Program-made: the position numbers and the translations under genes | The notes under the pieces: generated by a model | What the model saw: only the letters and a program-made list of their open reading frames with translations | What the model was told of the DNA's origin: nothing | Database searches by the model: none | Shown here: in pieces, positions 42,463 to 54,551 of the stretch | Position numbering within the stretch: position 1 is the stretch's first letter | Layout: each line of letters begins with the position of its first letter | Assembly (NCBI GenBank): GCA_963815195.1 | Contig: CAWFGE010000012.1 | Coordinates: 320,001-384,000 of the forward strand | Reading direction: 5' to 3' | Length of the DNA: 64,000 nt | Source: an uncultured Planctomycetaceae bacterium | GTDB lineage: Bacteria; Planctomycetota; Planctomycetia; Planctomycetales; Planctomycetaceae

Positions 42463-42805
42463 ATGCCACTCATTGGTCTGCAGAACCGCTGTTCCTGGAT
42501 GGTCACACTCACTGATTTTACATCATCGGCGGTCGGGCGATGCGGTCTGTACCATTCATTCCGGCAGAGAGGATTGTATTGATTGGACGAGATGCGAGAT
42601 GCGTAACGATTGTCTCATTTACCAAGACGCGACAATCCGCAAACTCAGCGCATCTTCACAGGCTTCAAGCGACATCGGCAGGTTCCTCGTCGTGGGCCGG
42701 GTTTTTTGACAGCGGATTCTTCCCGATCGATTTCAATGCTGAGAACGCGGATCAGCCGGAACGCTGCGCGCGTCCGGTTCCCTCGGCGAAAAACCGGGGC
42801 TAGCG

Positions 42806-43207
42806 CTGGGCTGTTAAAGAATTGGTATTGAAGTCTAAAAACGCGGGTTCTGGCTTGCGCCACCTGTGTTCTCGTTTTTTTGGAAGGCATTTAGGGCCGA
42901 AGGCCCGGCTCTCTGTCAGCCCAGGGCCAGCGCAGCGCCGCCCTGGGTTACGGATGATCCATGAAACGCAAGCCCCAAGGGGGCGGCCCTATGTGGCAAC
43001 TCTCGCCACGGAACAAGGCATTGCGTATTTCCGATTTCGGGCCGCCCCGTTGGGGCTTCGGCATTTTGTAGGTTCCCGTTCCCAGGGCTGCGCCCAGGGC
43101 TGACATAGGGCCGGACCTTCGGTCCTTTTTCTTAAATTAATTTACGAACGGTCGAAAAGCTGCGCCAAAGACAAATCGTCGTCAACGCCAAATTTTTAAC
43201 GGCCCAG
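42806..43207. mobile_element. MITE family M2 (402 bp) inserted into an R1 repeat with 7-bp target-site duplication
   Basis: TIRs CTGGGCTGTTAAAGAATTGG / CCAAATTTTTAACGGCCCAG (17/20); direct repeat GCTAGCG at 42799-42805 and 43208-43214. Confidence 0.85.
42893..43126. repeat. Long palindromic REPIN-like element R3, copy 1 (nested inside M2)
   Basis: Ends AGGGCCGAAGGCCCGGCTCTCTGTCAGCCCAGGG ... CCCAGGGCTGACATAGGGCCGGACCTTCGGTCCT are inverted; inner IR GCCCCAA.GGGGCGGCC / GGCCGCCCCGTTGGGGC; homolog at 49713-49960. Confidence 0.85.
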
Positions 43208-43261
43208 GCTAGCGCCCTGCGGCTAATTTTTTCAACCCGAAATTCATGCTCTGACGGAGCG

Positions 43262-44388
43262 TTATTCGCTCCAGCGCGGCGCAGGAAATCCACGACGTTC
43301 CGATGCATGAAGCCTTCGATGTCGTTCTCCGAGTAGCCTCGGGCGCGGAACAAACCCGGCAGCGTTTGCAGATCGGCGATGGAATCCAGGTCCATCGGCG
43401 TTTGCTCGGTTCCGTAGCCGCCGTCGAGGTCGGTGCCGACGCAAACGTGATTGGCGCTGCCCGCCAGTTGGCAGATGCGGTCGACATGATCGCAGATTCG
43501 CTCGATCTTGAGCTGAAACTGCTCGGGCCGGCTTTTCGTGTGCTTCCAGCCGGGGACCATCATGATCGCATCGAACGCCATCCCCAACAAACCGCCCCGC
43601 TCCACCACCGCTTTGATCTGGTCGTCGGCGAACTGGCGATTCCACGGAGCCAGCGTGCGGCAATTCTGATGGCTCGCCCACAGCGGCCCCTCGTAAACGT
43701 CGAGCGCATCCCAAAAGGTCTCGTCGCAGAGGTGCGTGACATCGAGGATGATCCCGAGCCGCTGCATCTCTTTGAGCAAGTCCTTGCCCGCGGGATGCAA
43801 CGGGCCCGCGGAATCGGTGCCGTCCGCATAACGGCCGGGACCGTAATGGGCCGGTCCCAAGGCGCGGAGGCCATCGTTATAACTCCGCTCGAGATAATCG
43901 AGCGACACGATCGAGTCCGCTCCCTCCAGGCTCAACACAAAGCCGATCGGCAGCGGGTTCGGCTGTTTCTTCGACTCGACCACATACGGCGTCCCATCAT
44001 CACAGGGCGGAGCGTTCCGCCACAATTCCACGTGGGCGTTCAATTCCGCGGCGTTGCGGATGGGCGTCATCTCGCCCAGTTCGGTCATCACCCGATACCA
44101 CGCCAATTGCCCTTGAGTTTGGGCCCAGGCTTGTTCGGGGGATGCCCAACCGGGCAGGCTGTGGAAATACGGTGAATGTCGCCCGATCTGCGTCGCCACA
44201 CACAAGCCCACGTTCCCCTTCCGCATTTCGGGAAAACACACGGTGTTATTCCCACGATCCACGCGGTCGGTCATCCGCGCTTCCGAGCGCCGAATCCGCT
44301 CCTGCGACCAGCGCAAATCGCGATTGTACTCGAGCGCGTTCATCGACAGGTCCAAGTGAATATCGAAGATCAACGGCTTTTGACGCAT
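43262..44388 (-). CDS. Membrane dipeptidase (peptidase M19, amidohydrolase fold); terminal frameshift at ~43275
   Basis: FDIHLD, LSLEGAD, ILDVTH, ASHQN, GTDLDGG. The natural end is probably ...LRRAWSE* at 43262. Confidence 0.85.
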
Positions 44389-44630
44389 GGAGGGCCTCGC
44401 GGAGAACAAAGCACAGAATCGCAGCCGTCGGCATTCCGCCGGCGAAAGGGGATTTTATCAGGGACCGGCGGGTCTGTGAACACAACGGGGAAATTGCATG
44501 CCTTCTGATGGGCAGCCCCCTCGCGCGCTGAAAGCTGAAAGCGGATGTCGTGGAATCCCGGTCGCTTCCGGCGTACAATCACTTGCGGAACTCGTAACAC
44601 GGAAAATCGCGACGTCTTGTCCGGTTCCCA

Positions 44631-46156
44631 ATGAAAAGAGATTCTCTGATGCAAATTCTCGGATTAGGCGCCCAGACGGAACTTGCCACGATCATCCGTC
44701 TGGCCGAACGCGAATACCGCGCGGCCCACAACATTCCCGCCCGGTTGTTGATGAAAGCCGGGAACGTGGAGGTCGAAGTCCATCGGCTCGAAAAGGACGA
44801 CACTTGGATCGGCGGCAGCGTGCGGATTTCCACCCCAGCCGAAAGCGGAGCCGCGGAGACGCTCAAAGCGGTGCACCACGAATTTCCGGACACGAGTTCC
44901 CTCAGCGAAGAAGGCGGCCTATTGGAGTTTCGCTGCCAACTCAATTTCGCCCGCGACGGAGACAAACCGAACGTTGCCAAAAAGCTGTCCCTGCTCTGGT
45001 CCTGGCCGGAGACCTGGCGGGTGTCGGGCGATGATTTTGAGATCGAACCGCTCAGCCCGGAGCGGTTGTTTCTGGCGATGGATGAACTGGGGGCGAGCGA
45101 CATCCACCTTTACCCCGGAGCGGCCCCGGTGTTTCGCATCGACAACCAGACCTGCCCCACCGGCCGGTTCGCCCCGGTGTCGCAACAGCAGATCGAGCGG
45201 CTGATCCAGGAACTCGCCCCCGACGCGGCGTGGGAGGAATTCTTGAGCGAGCAGCAATGCAGCTTCAACTATCGGCAGGTGGACATGGCCCATTCGCGGA
45301 TCTCGGCGTTTATGAAATCCGGCGTGCCGCATTGCACGATCCGCTACCTCCCCGAAGTAATCCCTTCCTTCGAGGATTTGCACATTCCCCGTAAAACGAT
45401 GGAACGCCTCGCCGGTCTTCACGAGGGGTTGATTCTCGTCAGCGGCATGACGGGCAGCGGGAAATCGACGACGGTCGCCTCGCTGATCGATTGGATCAAC
45501 GAAAACCAGGCCAAGCACATTCTGACAATCGAAGCCCCCGTGGAATACGTGCATATCAACAAGCAGTCCATCGTCTCGCAGCGGAACGTCGGCATAGACG
45601 CCCCCACCGCGATCGAAGCCGTGCACGAGGCGCTCCGGCACGACCCGGACATCATCTTCATCGGCGAGATGCGCGACCCCGACACAATCCGCGCCGCGAT
45701 CGACGCCGCCAGCACCGGGCATCTCGTCATCAGCACCTTTCACGCGAACACCGCCGCCGAGGTCATCAACCGCATCGTGAGTTTTTTCGATCCGATCGAG
45801 CGCGACCTCGTCCGCTTGCAGCTGCGGGACTGCATTCGCTGCGTGCTCTGTCAGCGGCTCGTGCCCAAGCGCGGCGGCGGGCGGGTGCCGGCTTTGGAGT
45901 TTCTGTTCGCCGACACGAATCATATTCTGGAGTGCATTCTCAACGGAAATACCGGGGCATCCGCGTGGCGATGCAGCAGACGACTTCGGAATCGACGATC
46001 ATGGAGCATAGCTTGATTAACCTCGTCCGCGAAGGGCTGGTGCTCGATCAAGTCGCCGCCCAGTACGCCTCGAACCGGGATCTCTTCGAGCAAATCCGCC
46101 TGGGCACCTATGCCGTGCCCTCGGTCGATACCATGTTGCACCGGCACAGCACTTGA
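44631..46156 (+). CDS. PilT/PilU-family ATPase with ~140-aa N-terminal extension (frameshift at ~45955)
   Basis: GASDIHL, GMTGSGKSTT, TIEAPVEY, ALRHDPDIIFIGEMRD, TGHLVISTFH, QRLVP; C-terminus continues GIRVAMQQ...HRHST* in a shifted frame. Confidence 0.85.
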
Positions 46157-46230
46157 GGAAAACCGCCCCGGCGTGCAAACTGTCCCTTGAGCATTGAATA
46201 AAACACGTAACACCAGCCCAAGCAGCCTCT

Positions 46231-46991
46231 ATGTCCGAAGAACCCCTGATTGCCGTCTTTGTGGATTTCGAGAACCTCGCCATCGGCGTGCGGCAGATGC
46301 GCCGGGAAGTTCCAGATCGGGCTGGTCCTCAAGCGGCTGCTCGAGAAGGGGCGGATCGTCTTCAAGCGGGCGTATTGCGATTGGAGCCATTACCAGGACG
46401 CCATGCAGGAGTTCCACGGCCAGGGCGTGGAGATGATCGACATCCCGCAAACCAAAGTCAGCGGCAAAAACAGTGCCGACATCCGCATGGTGGTCGATGC
46501 CCTCGACTTGTGTTACTCGAAAGACCACATCGACGTGTTCGCCTTGGTGTCGGGCGACAGCGATTTCTCGCCGCTGGTGTCCAAGCTCAAGGAAAACAAC
46601 AAGCGGGTGATCGGCTGCGGGGTCAAGGCGTCCACTTCCGATCTGTTGATCGCCAACTGCGACGAGTTTCTGTACTACGACGACCTGATCCGCACGGCAA
46701 AGAAAGCGACCGCGGCCAAAGAAGAAAACGCAGACGACCGACAAAACACAAGAGGCCGTCGACCGGGTCCTGGAAGTCCTGCAATCGGTCGAGCAGGATT
46801 ACGACCCCTTGTGGGGTTCGACGCTCAAACAAGCCATCCGCCGGGTGTATCCCGGCTTCAGCGAAAGCTACTATGGCTATGGCAGCTTCTCCGATTTGCT
46901 CGAAGACTTGAAAACCAAGAAGCTGATCGACGTGGAATACGATGAAAGCCGAGGCAACTACAAAGTCCGCGGCCGAAAAACGAAACGATAA
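46231..46991 (+). CDS. NYN (PIN-like) domain - OST-HTH/LOTUS protein (frameshifts at ~46300 and ~46720)
   Basis: IAVFVDFEN, KRAYCDW, GKNSADIRMVVD, VSGDSDFSPL, CDEFLYYDDL; C-terminal LKQAIRRVYPGFSESYYGYGSFSDLLE. Confidence 0.85.
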
Positions 46992-47012
46992 ACGCCGGTT
47001 TGGGTGGCCCTT

Positions 47013-47106
47013 GCAAAGACCACGCCCTTCGTGCCTCAGGGCGTGCCACCCCGATTCACTTGTAATGGGCGACTCAACATTTTCCACCTATTTTTGTGAG
47101 ACACAC
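47013..47106 (-). repeat. REP-like family R2, second locus
   Basis: GCAAAGACCACGCCCTTCGTGCCTCAGGGCGTGCCACCCC plus CCTATTTTTGTGAGACACAC; both match 13848-13915 in reverse. Confidence 0.75.
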
Positions 47107-47206
47107 CCAGCGCTAAACGTCTACTCCGCGTTTGGTTGACTTTGAACTCCGGCGCACTCAGACTGAACGATCACCTGTTGGTCGACGATTCATCGAAAGG
47201 AAACTC

Positions 47207-49052
47207 ATGCGCCGGGCGATGTTGGTATTGTTCTGTCTCGTTGTGTGTTTGGCGGAATTCGGCCGCGGGGAGGATCCGCCGGCTCCCCAACCGCCCGAAG
47301 AAGCGGCCCGCGGCATGCAGTTGCCGGAGGGATTTCGGGCGAGCGTGTTCGCGGCGGAACCGGATGTCGTCCAGCCCATCGCGTTTACCATCGACGACCG
47401 CGGGCGGTTGTGGGTTGTGGAATGCCTGTCCTATCCCAAATGGCAAACCGACGGCCAGCCGGGGCGCGACCGCGTCTCCATTTTGGAAGACCAGGACGGC
47501 GACGGCCGATTCGATAAGAAAATCGTGTTCTGGAACGAAGGCAGTAACCTCACCGGAATCGAGTTGGGCTTCGGCGGCGTGTGGCTGTGCTCGACTCCGA
47601 ATCTGATTTTCGTCCCCGATAAAAACGGCGACAACAAACCCGACGGACCGCCGGAGGTGCTGCTCGACGGCTGGTCGCTGGAAGCCAAGCACAACGCATT
47701 CAACGCCCTGACCTGGGGACCGGACGGCTGGCTTTATGGATGCAACGGAATCTTGTCGCGGTCTTTGATCGGCAAGCCCGGCACGCGGGATGACAAGCGC
47801 GTGCCGCTGGACTGCGGCGTGTGGCGGATTCATCCGGTGACCAAGACCTTTGAAGTCGTGATGCACGGCACTACGAATCCGTGGGGCCTGGATTACGACG
47901 AGAACGGCCAGTTCTTCATCACGAACTGCGTGATCAACCATTTGTTCCACGCAATCCCCGGGGCGCACTTCCGGCGAATGTACGGGCAGGATCTCAATCC
48001 CTACGTCTACGGGCTGATGGAGAAGCTGCGCCGATTACTTGCATTGGGGCGGCGGTCCCTGGCAAAGCTCGCGGGGCGGCGAAGGCGTCCACGACGGCCC
48101 CGGCGGCGGACATGCCCATGCGGGCTGCATGGTTTACCTGGGCGACAACTGGCCCGAGAAATATCGCGGCCGGCTGTTTACGTGCAATCTCCACGGCAAG
48201 CGGGTCAATTCGGACAAGCTCAACATCAAAGGCTCGGGCTACAAATCCGAGCGGGCTCCCGATTTTCTGAAAGTGGCCGACGCCTGGTTTCGCGGGCTGG
48301 AGTTGAAATACGGCCCCGACGGCGGCGTGTTTCTGTCCGATTGGTCCGACATCGGCGAATGCCACGATTACGACGACATCCACCGCGAAAACGGGCGGAT
48401 TTATAAAGTCACGTTCGGCCAGCCGAAATCCGTCTCCGTGAACCTCGCCCAAAAGACGAATGCCGAGCTGCTGAAACTGCAACAGCACTCGAATGCCTGG
48501 TTCGCCCGGCATGCCCGGCGGCTCCTGCAGGAACGGGCCGCGATCCAAACCTTGCCCGATGATTTCCGCGAAACCGTCCAAAAGCAATTCCAGAATGCGA
48601 AGGACCACGCGATTCGTTTGCGGCTGTTGTGGACGCTTGCGGTCATCGAACCCGACGGCCTGGACGAAGCATTCCTTTCGAAATTGCTTTCGGATGATGA
48701 TCCCTTTGTGCAGGGCTGGGCGATCCAGTTGAGCCTGGAAGATCAGCATGTGTCGCCGGACTTCTTGAATCAACTTGTTTCATTGGCGAAATCGGAGGCT
48801 TCGCCGGTGGTGCGGTTGTTTTTGGCCTCGGCCCTTCAACGGTTGCCTTTGGACGGCCGCTGGAATTTGGCGGGGGCGCTCTTGGGTCATGCCGAAGATG
48901 CGGACGATGCCAATTTGCCTTTGATGGTCTGGTACGGCATCGAGCCGCTGGTCGCCAAGGACAAAACCCGGGCGCTCAAGTTGATCGTGCAGTCGAAACT
49001 CCCGCTGGTTCGGCAGCACCTCGCCCGCCGCGCCGCCGCGCTCAGCAAGTAA
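47207..49052 (+). CDS. PVC-type membrane-bound dehydrogenase-like protein (beta-propeller + HEAT-like repeats), no CxxCH domain (frameshift at ~48022)
   Basis: LPEGFRASVFAAEPDVVQPIAF..DDRGRLWV, DQDGDG, WGPDGWLYG, TNPWGLD, GPDGGVFLSDW, DANLPLMVWYGIEP. Confidence 0.8.
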
Positions 49053-49075
49053 ACGCTCGATCGGGATCATCACCC

Positions 49076-49651
49076 ATGCCGACTTTTAAGGACTTCACGG
49101 AGTATTTTCAGAAAGTGGGAGCCACCGAGGTCGCCCATACCTCGAAATCCTATCTGGCCCACGGCATCGGCGTCTCGAACGACCTCAAGGAATGGGGCTC
49201 TGACGAAGACGTGGCCAAGGCGGGGCTGTTTCATTCCATTTATGGGACGGAACTCTTTCAAGGTTTCGTATTGCCTTTGGAAAAACGGCACGAGGTCCGC
49301 GAGTTGATCGGCGACCGCGCGGAGCGGCTGGCGTGGTTGAATTGCGCGATCGACCGCCGGCATTTCGACCGCGAAATCCTCAAAACGAACGGGCCTTATG
49401 AGATCCTCGACCGGTTTACCGGCGACACCGTCCCGGTAAGTGATGCCGACTTTCACGACCTGTGCGTGATCCATCTGTGCGACTGGCTCGAGCAGGTCGG
49501 CCGGTCCAAAGCCTGGGACTACCGCCGCACCGGTTACCGCCGGCTCGCCGAACGTCTGGGCGGTATCGGCCAACGGCGTTACGACGCGGTGTTCGCGCAG
49601 GCTCCCCCGCAGACGTGGTTCAAAGAATACGACCGCCCGCCGACCCCCTGA
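49076..49651 (+). CDS. Hypothetical protein with HD-like motif (DUF6817-like)
   Basis: HTSKSYLAH...W.....AGLFHSIYGTE.F...R..VRELIG..AERLA; family assignment from memory of the motif. Confidence 0.65.
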   Translation: MPTFKDFTEYFQKVGATEVAHTSKSYLAHGIGVSNDLKEWGSDEDVAKAGLFHSIYGTELFQGFVLPLEKRHEVRELIGDRAERLAWLNCAIDRRHFDREILKTNGPYEILDRFTGDTVPVSDADFHDLCVIHLCDWLEQVGRSKAWDYRRTGYRRLAERLGGIGQRRYDAVFAQAPPQTWFKEYDRPPTP

Positions 49652-49712
49652 TTCCGTGCGTTTTCTGATGCAAATCGGAAGCACGAAATCCGAAACGCAC
49701 CCAAAATTCGAC

Positions 49713-49960
49713 GGGCCGAAGGCCCGGTTCTATGTCAGCCCAGGGCAAGCTCAGCGCCGCCTTGGGTTACGGATGATGAAGGAAACGCAGCCCCAACGGG
49801 GCGGCCTTATGTAAATCTTTGGTGGATGAGGACTCTCACCACGGATTAAGCCACCTGCGTCTCTCCGGTTTAGGACCGCCCCGTTGGGGCTTTTGCAATT
49901 TGTTCGCTCCCGTTCCCAGGGCTCCGCCCTGGGCTGACATAGAGCCGGACCTTCGGTCCT
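49713..49960. repeat. Long palindromic REPIN-like element R3, copy 2
   Basis: Same terminal and inner inverted repeats as 42893-43126, with a different central spacer. Confidence 0.85.
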
Positions 49961-50050
49961 CTTTCCATAACCTGGAGCCACTGAGGTTCGGATGTGCCGG
50001 CGCCGAATCGTGCAAAACTGCGCAAGCTGATTTAGTCGCCGGTCTTGATC

Positions 50051-50965
50051 TTAAGCCTGCATCAGCCAGACCAACAGCCCCTTGGCGAGGTGCATGCGGT
50101 TTTCGGCTTGCAGAAACGCGATGCTTTGCGGGCCGTCGATCACCTCATCCGTGACTTCCTCCCCGCGGTGGGCCGGCAGGTCGTGCATGAACCGGCACTC
50201 TTTCGGGGCCTTGGCCATCAACTCGGCGTTGACCTGGAACTTCGCGAACAAACTCCGGCGGTGGTCGGCCTCGTCTTCCTGCCCCATGCTGGCCCAGACA
50301 TCGGTATAAATAATGTCCGCCGACGGCAGCACGCCCTGGATGTCGTTGGTCACCGTCAGCCGCGCGGCGGGCACATGGCGGTTCAGGGTTTGCATAAAAT
50401 CCGCCTGGAGTTCATAACCCCGGGGACTTGCGACCGTCATCCGCATGCCCGCAAGCGCCGTCGCAATCGCCAGCGACTTGGCAATGTTGTTCCCATCGCC
50501 CAGATAGAACAAATGCAAGTCCTTAACCGTTCCAAACACTTCTTGAATGGTGAAAAGATCCGTGAGCGCCTGGCAGGGATGGCGGTCGTCCGAAAGGGCG
50601 TTGATGATCGGGCAGCTGGCGTGCGCCGCGAAATCTTCGATCAACTTCTGCGAAAACGTGCGGAGCGCGATCGCGTCCGAATAACTGCTGAGGACGCGGG
50701 CAATGTCCGGGAGCGTTTCGCGCCCGCCCATGCCGGCTTCTTTGCTGGTGATGAAGATCCCGCCGCCGCCGAGCTGCAGCATCGCCGCCTCGAAACTGTT
50801 GCGGGTCCTGAGCGAGGGTTTCTCGAACACCATCGCCAGCACGCGGCCCGGCAAAAGGGCCGGCCGGTCGCCGGCCTGGTGTTTCGTTTTGAGATCCGTC
50901 GCGATTGTCAGAATCTCTTGGACCTCGTCGGCCGTTACATCGAATAAAGATCGCAGATGTCGCAT
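50051..50965 (-). CDS. argF: Ornithine carbamoyltransferase
   Basis: FEKPSLRTR, HPCQ, GDGNN, YTDVWASMG, HDLPAHRG, QAENR; follows argB-argD. Confidence 0.93.
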   Translation of the reverse strand: MRHLRSLFDVTADEVQEILTIATDLKTKHQAGDRPALLPGRVLAMVFEKPSLRTRNSFEAAMLQLGGGGIFITSKEAGMGGRETLPDIARVLSSYSDAIALRTFSQKLIEDFAAHASCPIINALSDDRHPCQALTDLFTIQEVFGTVKDLHLFYLGDGNNIAKSLAIATALAGMRMTVASPRGYELQADFMQTLNRHVPAARLTVTNDIQGVLPSADIIYTDVWASMGQEDEADHRRSLFAKFQVNAELMAKAPKECRFMHDLPAHRGEEVTDEVIDGPQSIAFLQAENRMHLAKGLLVWLMQA

Positions 50966-50983
50966 GATGTCTCCCGGCGGCTG

Positions 50984-52186
50984 TTACTCGTCTTCCGCCA
51001 TTTCCCGCAGCACGTCCGCGAGGATTTCGCAGCCGGCATCGACCTCCTCGGCGGTGATGTTGATGGCCGGCAGCAACCGGACGACCGTGTCGTGAGTGGC
51101 GTTGATTAACAGGCCGCGCTCCATGCACTTGCCGACGGCGGGAGTCGCCGGCAGCGTGAGATCGATGCCGATCATCATCCCCAAAATCCGCAGCTCGCTG
51201 ATGATGGGCAGTTCCTCGGCCAAGGGTTCCAGATGGCTTTTGAACCGCTCGGACATTTGCCGGCAGTTTTCGAGGAGGTTCTGGTTTTCGATCATCGTCG
51301 CGGTCGCGATGCCCGCGGCCATCGCCAGCGGATTGCCGCCGAAGGTGCTGGCGTGCATGCCGGGCCGCAGGCTGGGGGCCACCTCTTCGGTCGCCATGAT
51401 CCCGCCGCACGCCACGCCGCCCGCGAGTCCTTTGGCCATCGTCATAATGTCCGGCTGGACGTTCCAATGCTGATAGGCGAACCAGTGGCCCGTGCGGCCC
51501 ATGCCGGTTTGGACTTCATCGAAGATCAACAGACAGCCGTTCTCGTCGGCGATTTTTCGGAGCCCTTCCAGATAGCCCTTCGCCGGGAGATTGACGCCGC
51601 CTTCGCCTTGGACCGGTTCGATGAGGATCGCGGCGGTTTCATCATCCACCAAGGCTTTGACCGCGTCGAGATCGTTGTGCGGAGCATACCGGAACCCCGC
51701 CACCAGCGGGCCGATGCCTTCGTGATACTTCGGCTGAGCCGTCGCGGTGACGGCCCCGTAGGTTCGGCCGTGAAAGCCGTTCTCGAAGGTGATAATCTTG
51801 TGCCGGCCTTCCGGCGTGTGCAGGCGGGCGAGTTTGATGGCGGCCTCGACGGCCTCGGCTCCGCTGTTACAGAAAAACGCTTTGCCGAAGCTGTGCGTGG
51901 AAAGCAGTTCCGCAAACCGGCCCTGGCCTTCCATGTACCAGGTGTTGGGCACATGGATCAACTGGGCGACCTGGTCCTTGATGGCCGCGACGACCGGCGG
52001 CGGACAATAGCCCAAAATGTTGCAGCCCCAGCCGGGAAAAAAATCCAGATAACGCCGGCCTTCCGCATCCCACACAGAAGACCCCTCGCCCCGCACGAGC
52101 GCGATCGGATACCGGCGGTAATTGGGGATCACATATTGATCGAACAGCGCGATCGTTTCCTGACTGGACGCGGCGGTGGTGCTCAC
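50984..52186 (-). CDS. argD: Acetylornithine aminotransferase
   Basis: [47 protein letters not shown]. Confidence 0.93.
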   Translation of the reverse strand: MSTTAASSQETIALFDQYVIPNYRRYPIALVRGEGSSVWDAEGRRYLDFFPGWGCNILGYCPPPVVAAIKDQVAQLIHVPNTWYMEGQGRFAELLSTHSFGKAFFCNSGAEAVEAAIKLARLHTPEGRHKIITFENGFHGRTYGAVTATAQPKYHEGIGPLVAGFRYAPHNDLDAVKALVDDETAAILIEPVQGEGGVNLPAKGYLEGLRKIADENGCLLIFDEVQTGMGRTGHWFAYQHWNVQPDIMTMAKGLAGGVACGGIMATEEVAPSLRPGMHASTFGGNPLAMAAGIATATMIENQNLLENCRQMSERFKSHLEPLAEELPIISELRILGMMIGIDLTLPATPAVGKCMERGLLINATHDTVVRLLPAINITAEEVDAGCEILADVLREMAEDE

Positions 52187-52213
52187 AAGTGGGGTTCCTA
52201 TCACGAATGTATG

Positions 52214-52326
52214 AAGGCGAGCGGCCAGCGTAAGCTGGCTGATCATTCCGAACGCTTCAGTTTGTTAACTTCATAATCTCAATTGCATTCCGCGTTACCA
52301 GCCAGCTTACGCTGGCCGCTCGCCTT
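52214..52326. repeat. REP-like family R4: perfect 28-bp inverted repeat between argB and argD
   Basis: AAGGCGAGCGGCCAGCGTAAGCTGGCTG (52214-52241) / CAGCCAGCTTACGCTGGCCGCTCGCCTT (52299-52326); 57-nt AT-rich spacer. Confidence 0.88.
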
Positions 52327-52374
52327 TTCTCAACAGAATCTTCTGACCCTTATTCCTGCACCTAGGTTCGCGTT

Positions 52375-53250
52375 TCATAGAACAATCTCCGTACCGACGC
52401 CCGTGTTTGAGTAAATCTCCAAGAGCACCGAATGCGGCATGCGGCCGTCGACGATGTGCACTTTATTCACGCCGGCTTTGAGCGCTTCCAGAGCCGCTTC
52501 CACTTTGGGGACCATGCCGGCGTCGATGGCTCCGCCGCGAATCAGTTCCCGGCAGCGCTCATCGTTCAGATGGGAAATCAAACTCTCGGGTTTGTTCCGG
52601 TCGAGAAAAATTCCCGGCACATCGCTCAAGAACACCAGCTTCTCCGCCTTGAGCAACCGGGCGACCGCGGCAGCGGCGGTGTCGGCGTTGACGTTGAGCT
52701 TGTTCCCCGCGCGGTCCAACACGACGGAAGGAATCACCGGAATGCAGCCGGACCGGCAGGTGTCTTCCAAGAGGTTGCGGTCAAAATCCACAACCTGCCC
52801 CACGGCCCCCAAGTCGATGGGTTTTCCTTTCTCATCCGGCAGCGTGAGCTTCTCGCCGATCAAACAGTTCTGGGTGGCATAGCTGAGTTCCACCGCGTGC
52901 CCGCCCTGGGCGCGAATCTGGCGGACGAGGGAGCGGCAGATCTCCTCGGCCAGCACGCGGGCCGCGATTTCGAGTGTGATTTCATCGGTATAACGCCGGC
53001 CTTGGACGAACCGCGGTTCGATGCCGGCTTCGTTCATCGCCTGTGAAATCGCCTTGCCGCCGCCGTGGATCAGGATGGGCTTCATCCCCACGGTTTCCAT
53101 GAAGATCACATCGCCGAGAAAGCGTTTGACGGCTTCGGTTTCTTCCAGGGCGCTGCCGCCGAGCTTGATGACGACGTACCGCCCCCGAAACCGCCGAATC
53201 CAGGCGAGGGCTTCGATCAATACGCTGGCTTTGCGGATCGCCTCGTCCAC
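52375..53250 (-). CDS. argB: Acetylglutamate kinase
   Basis: VIKLGGS, IHGGG, GRRYTD, NVNAD, SDVPG, GMVPK, HIVDGR. Confidence 0.95.
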   Translation of the reverse strand: MDEAIRKASVLIEALAWIRRFRGRYVVIKLGGSALEETEAVKRFLGDVIFMETVGMKPILIHGGGKAISQAMNEAGIEPRFVQGRRYTDEITLEIAARVLAEEICRSLVRQIRAQGGHAVELSYATQNCLIGEKLTLPDEKGKPIDLGAVGQVVDFDRNLLEDTCRSGCIPVIPSVVLDRAGNKLNVNADTAAAAVARLLKAEKLVFLSDVPGIFLDRNKPESLISHLNDERCRELIRGGAIDAGMVPKVEAALEALKAGVNKVHIVDGRMPHSVLLEIYSNTGVGTEIVL

Positions 53251-53400
53251 GAACGTTCCCCAGGAGAAACCACGAAGGAAACCAGTGATTGTAAAGCCGC
53301 CGCACAAATTGTGTCAACGATGCGAAACGGCCCTTGCCGTTGCAAACCAACGCAGCGTTTGCCGATGAGTTGTCGCGGATTCCCCGCCCAGTTAACCTGA

Positions 53401-54471
<1,071 letters not shown>

Positions 54472-54473
54472 CG

Positions 54474-54501
54474 AAGGCGAGCGGGGGGCGTAAGCCCCCT
54501 G
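54474..54501 (+). repeat. REP-like family R4, single variant copy
   Basis: AAGGCGAGCG-GGGGGC-GTAA-GCCCCC-TG. Confidence 0.75.
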
Positions 54502-54551
54502 GTCACTCCCAAGGTACAAAACGCATCCATCACAAAAAAGGACATTCGATA

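Noticed and set aside
43132..43261. C-terminal extension of the dipeptidase in the ORF track
   Set aside because: It reads through R1 and M2 repeat DNA; one missing base near 43275 restores a normal ...RRAWSE* stop at 43262.
722..53250. Functional cluster linking the cyanophycinase-like gene with arg genes
   Set aside because: They are ~48 kb apart with unrelated genes between, and no cphA is present.
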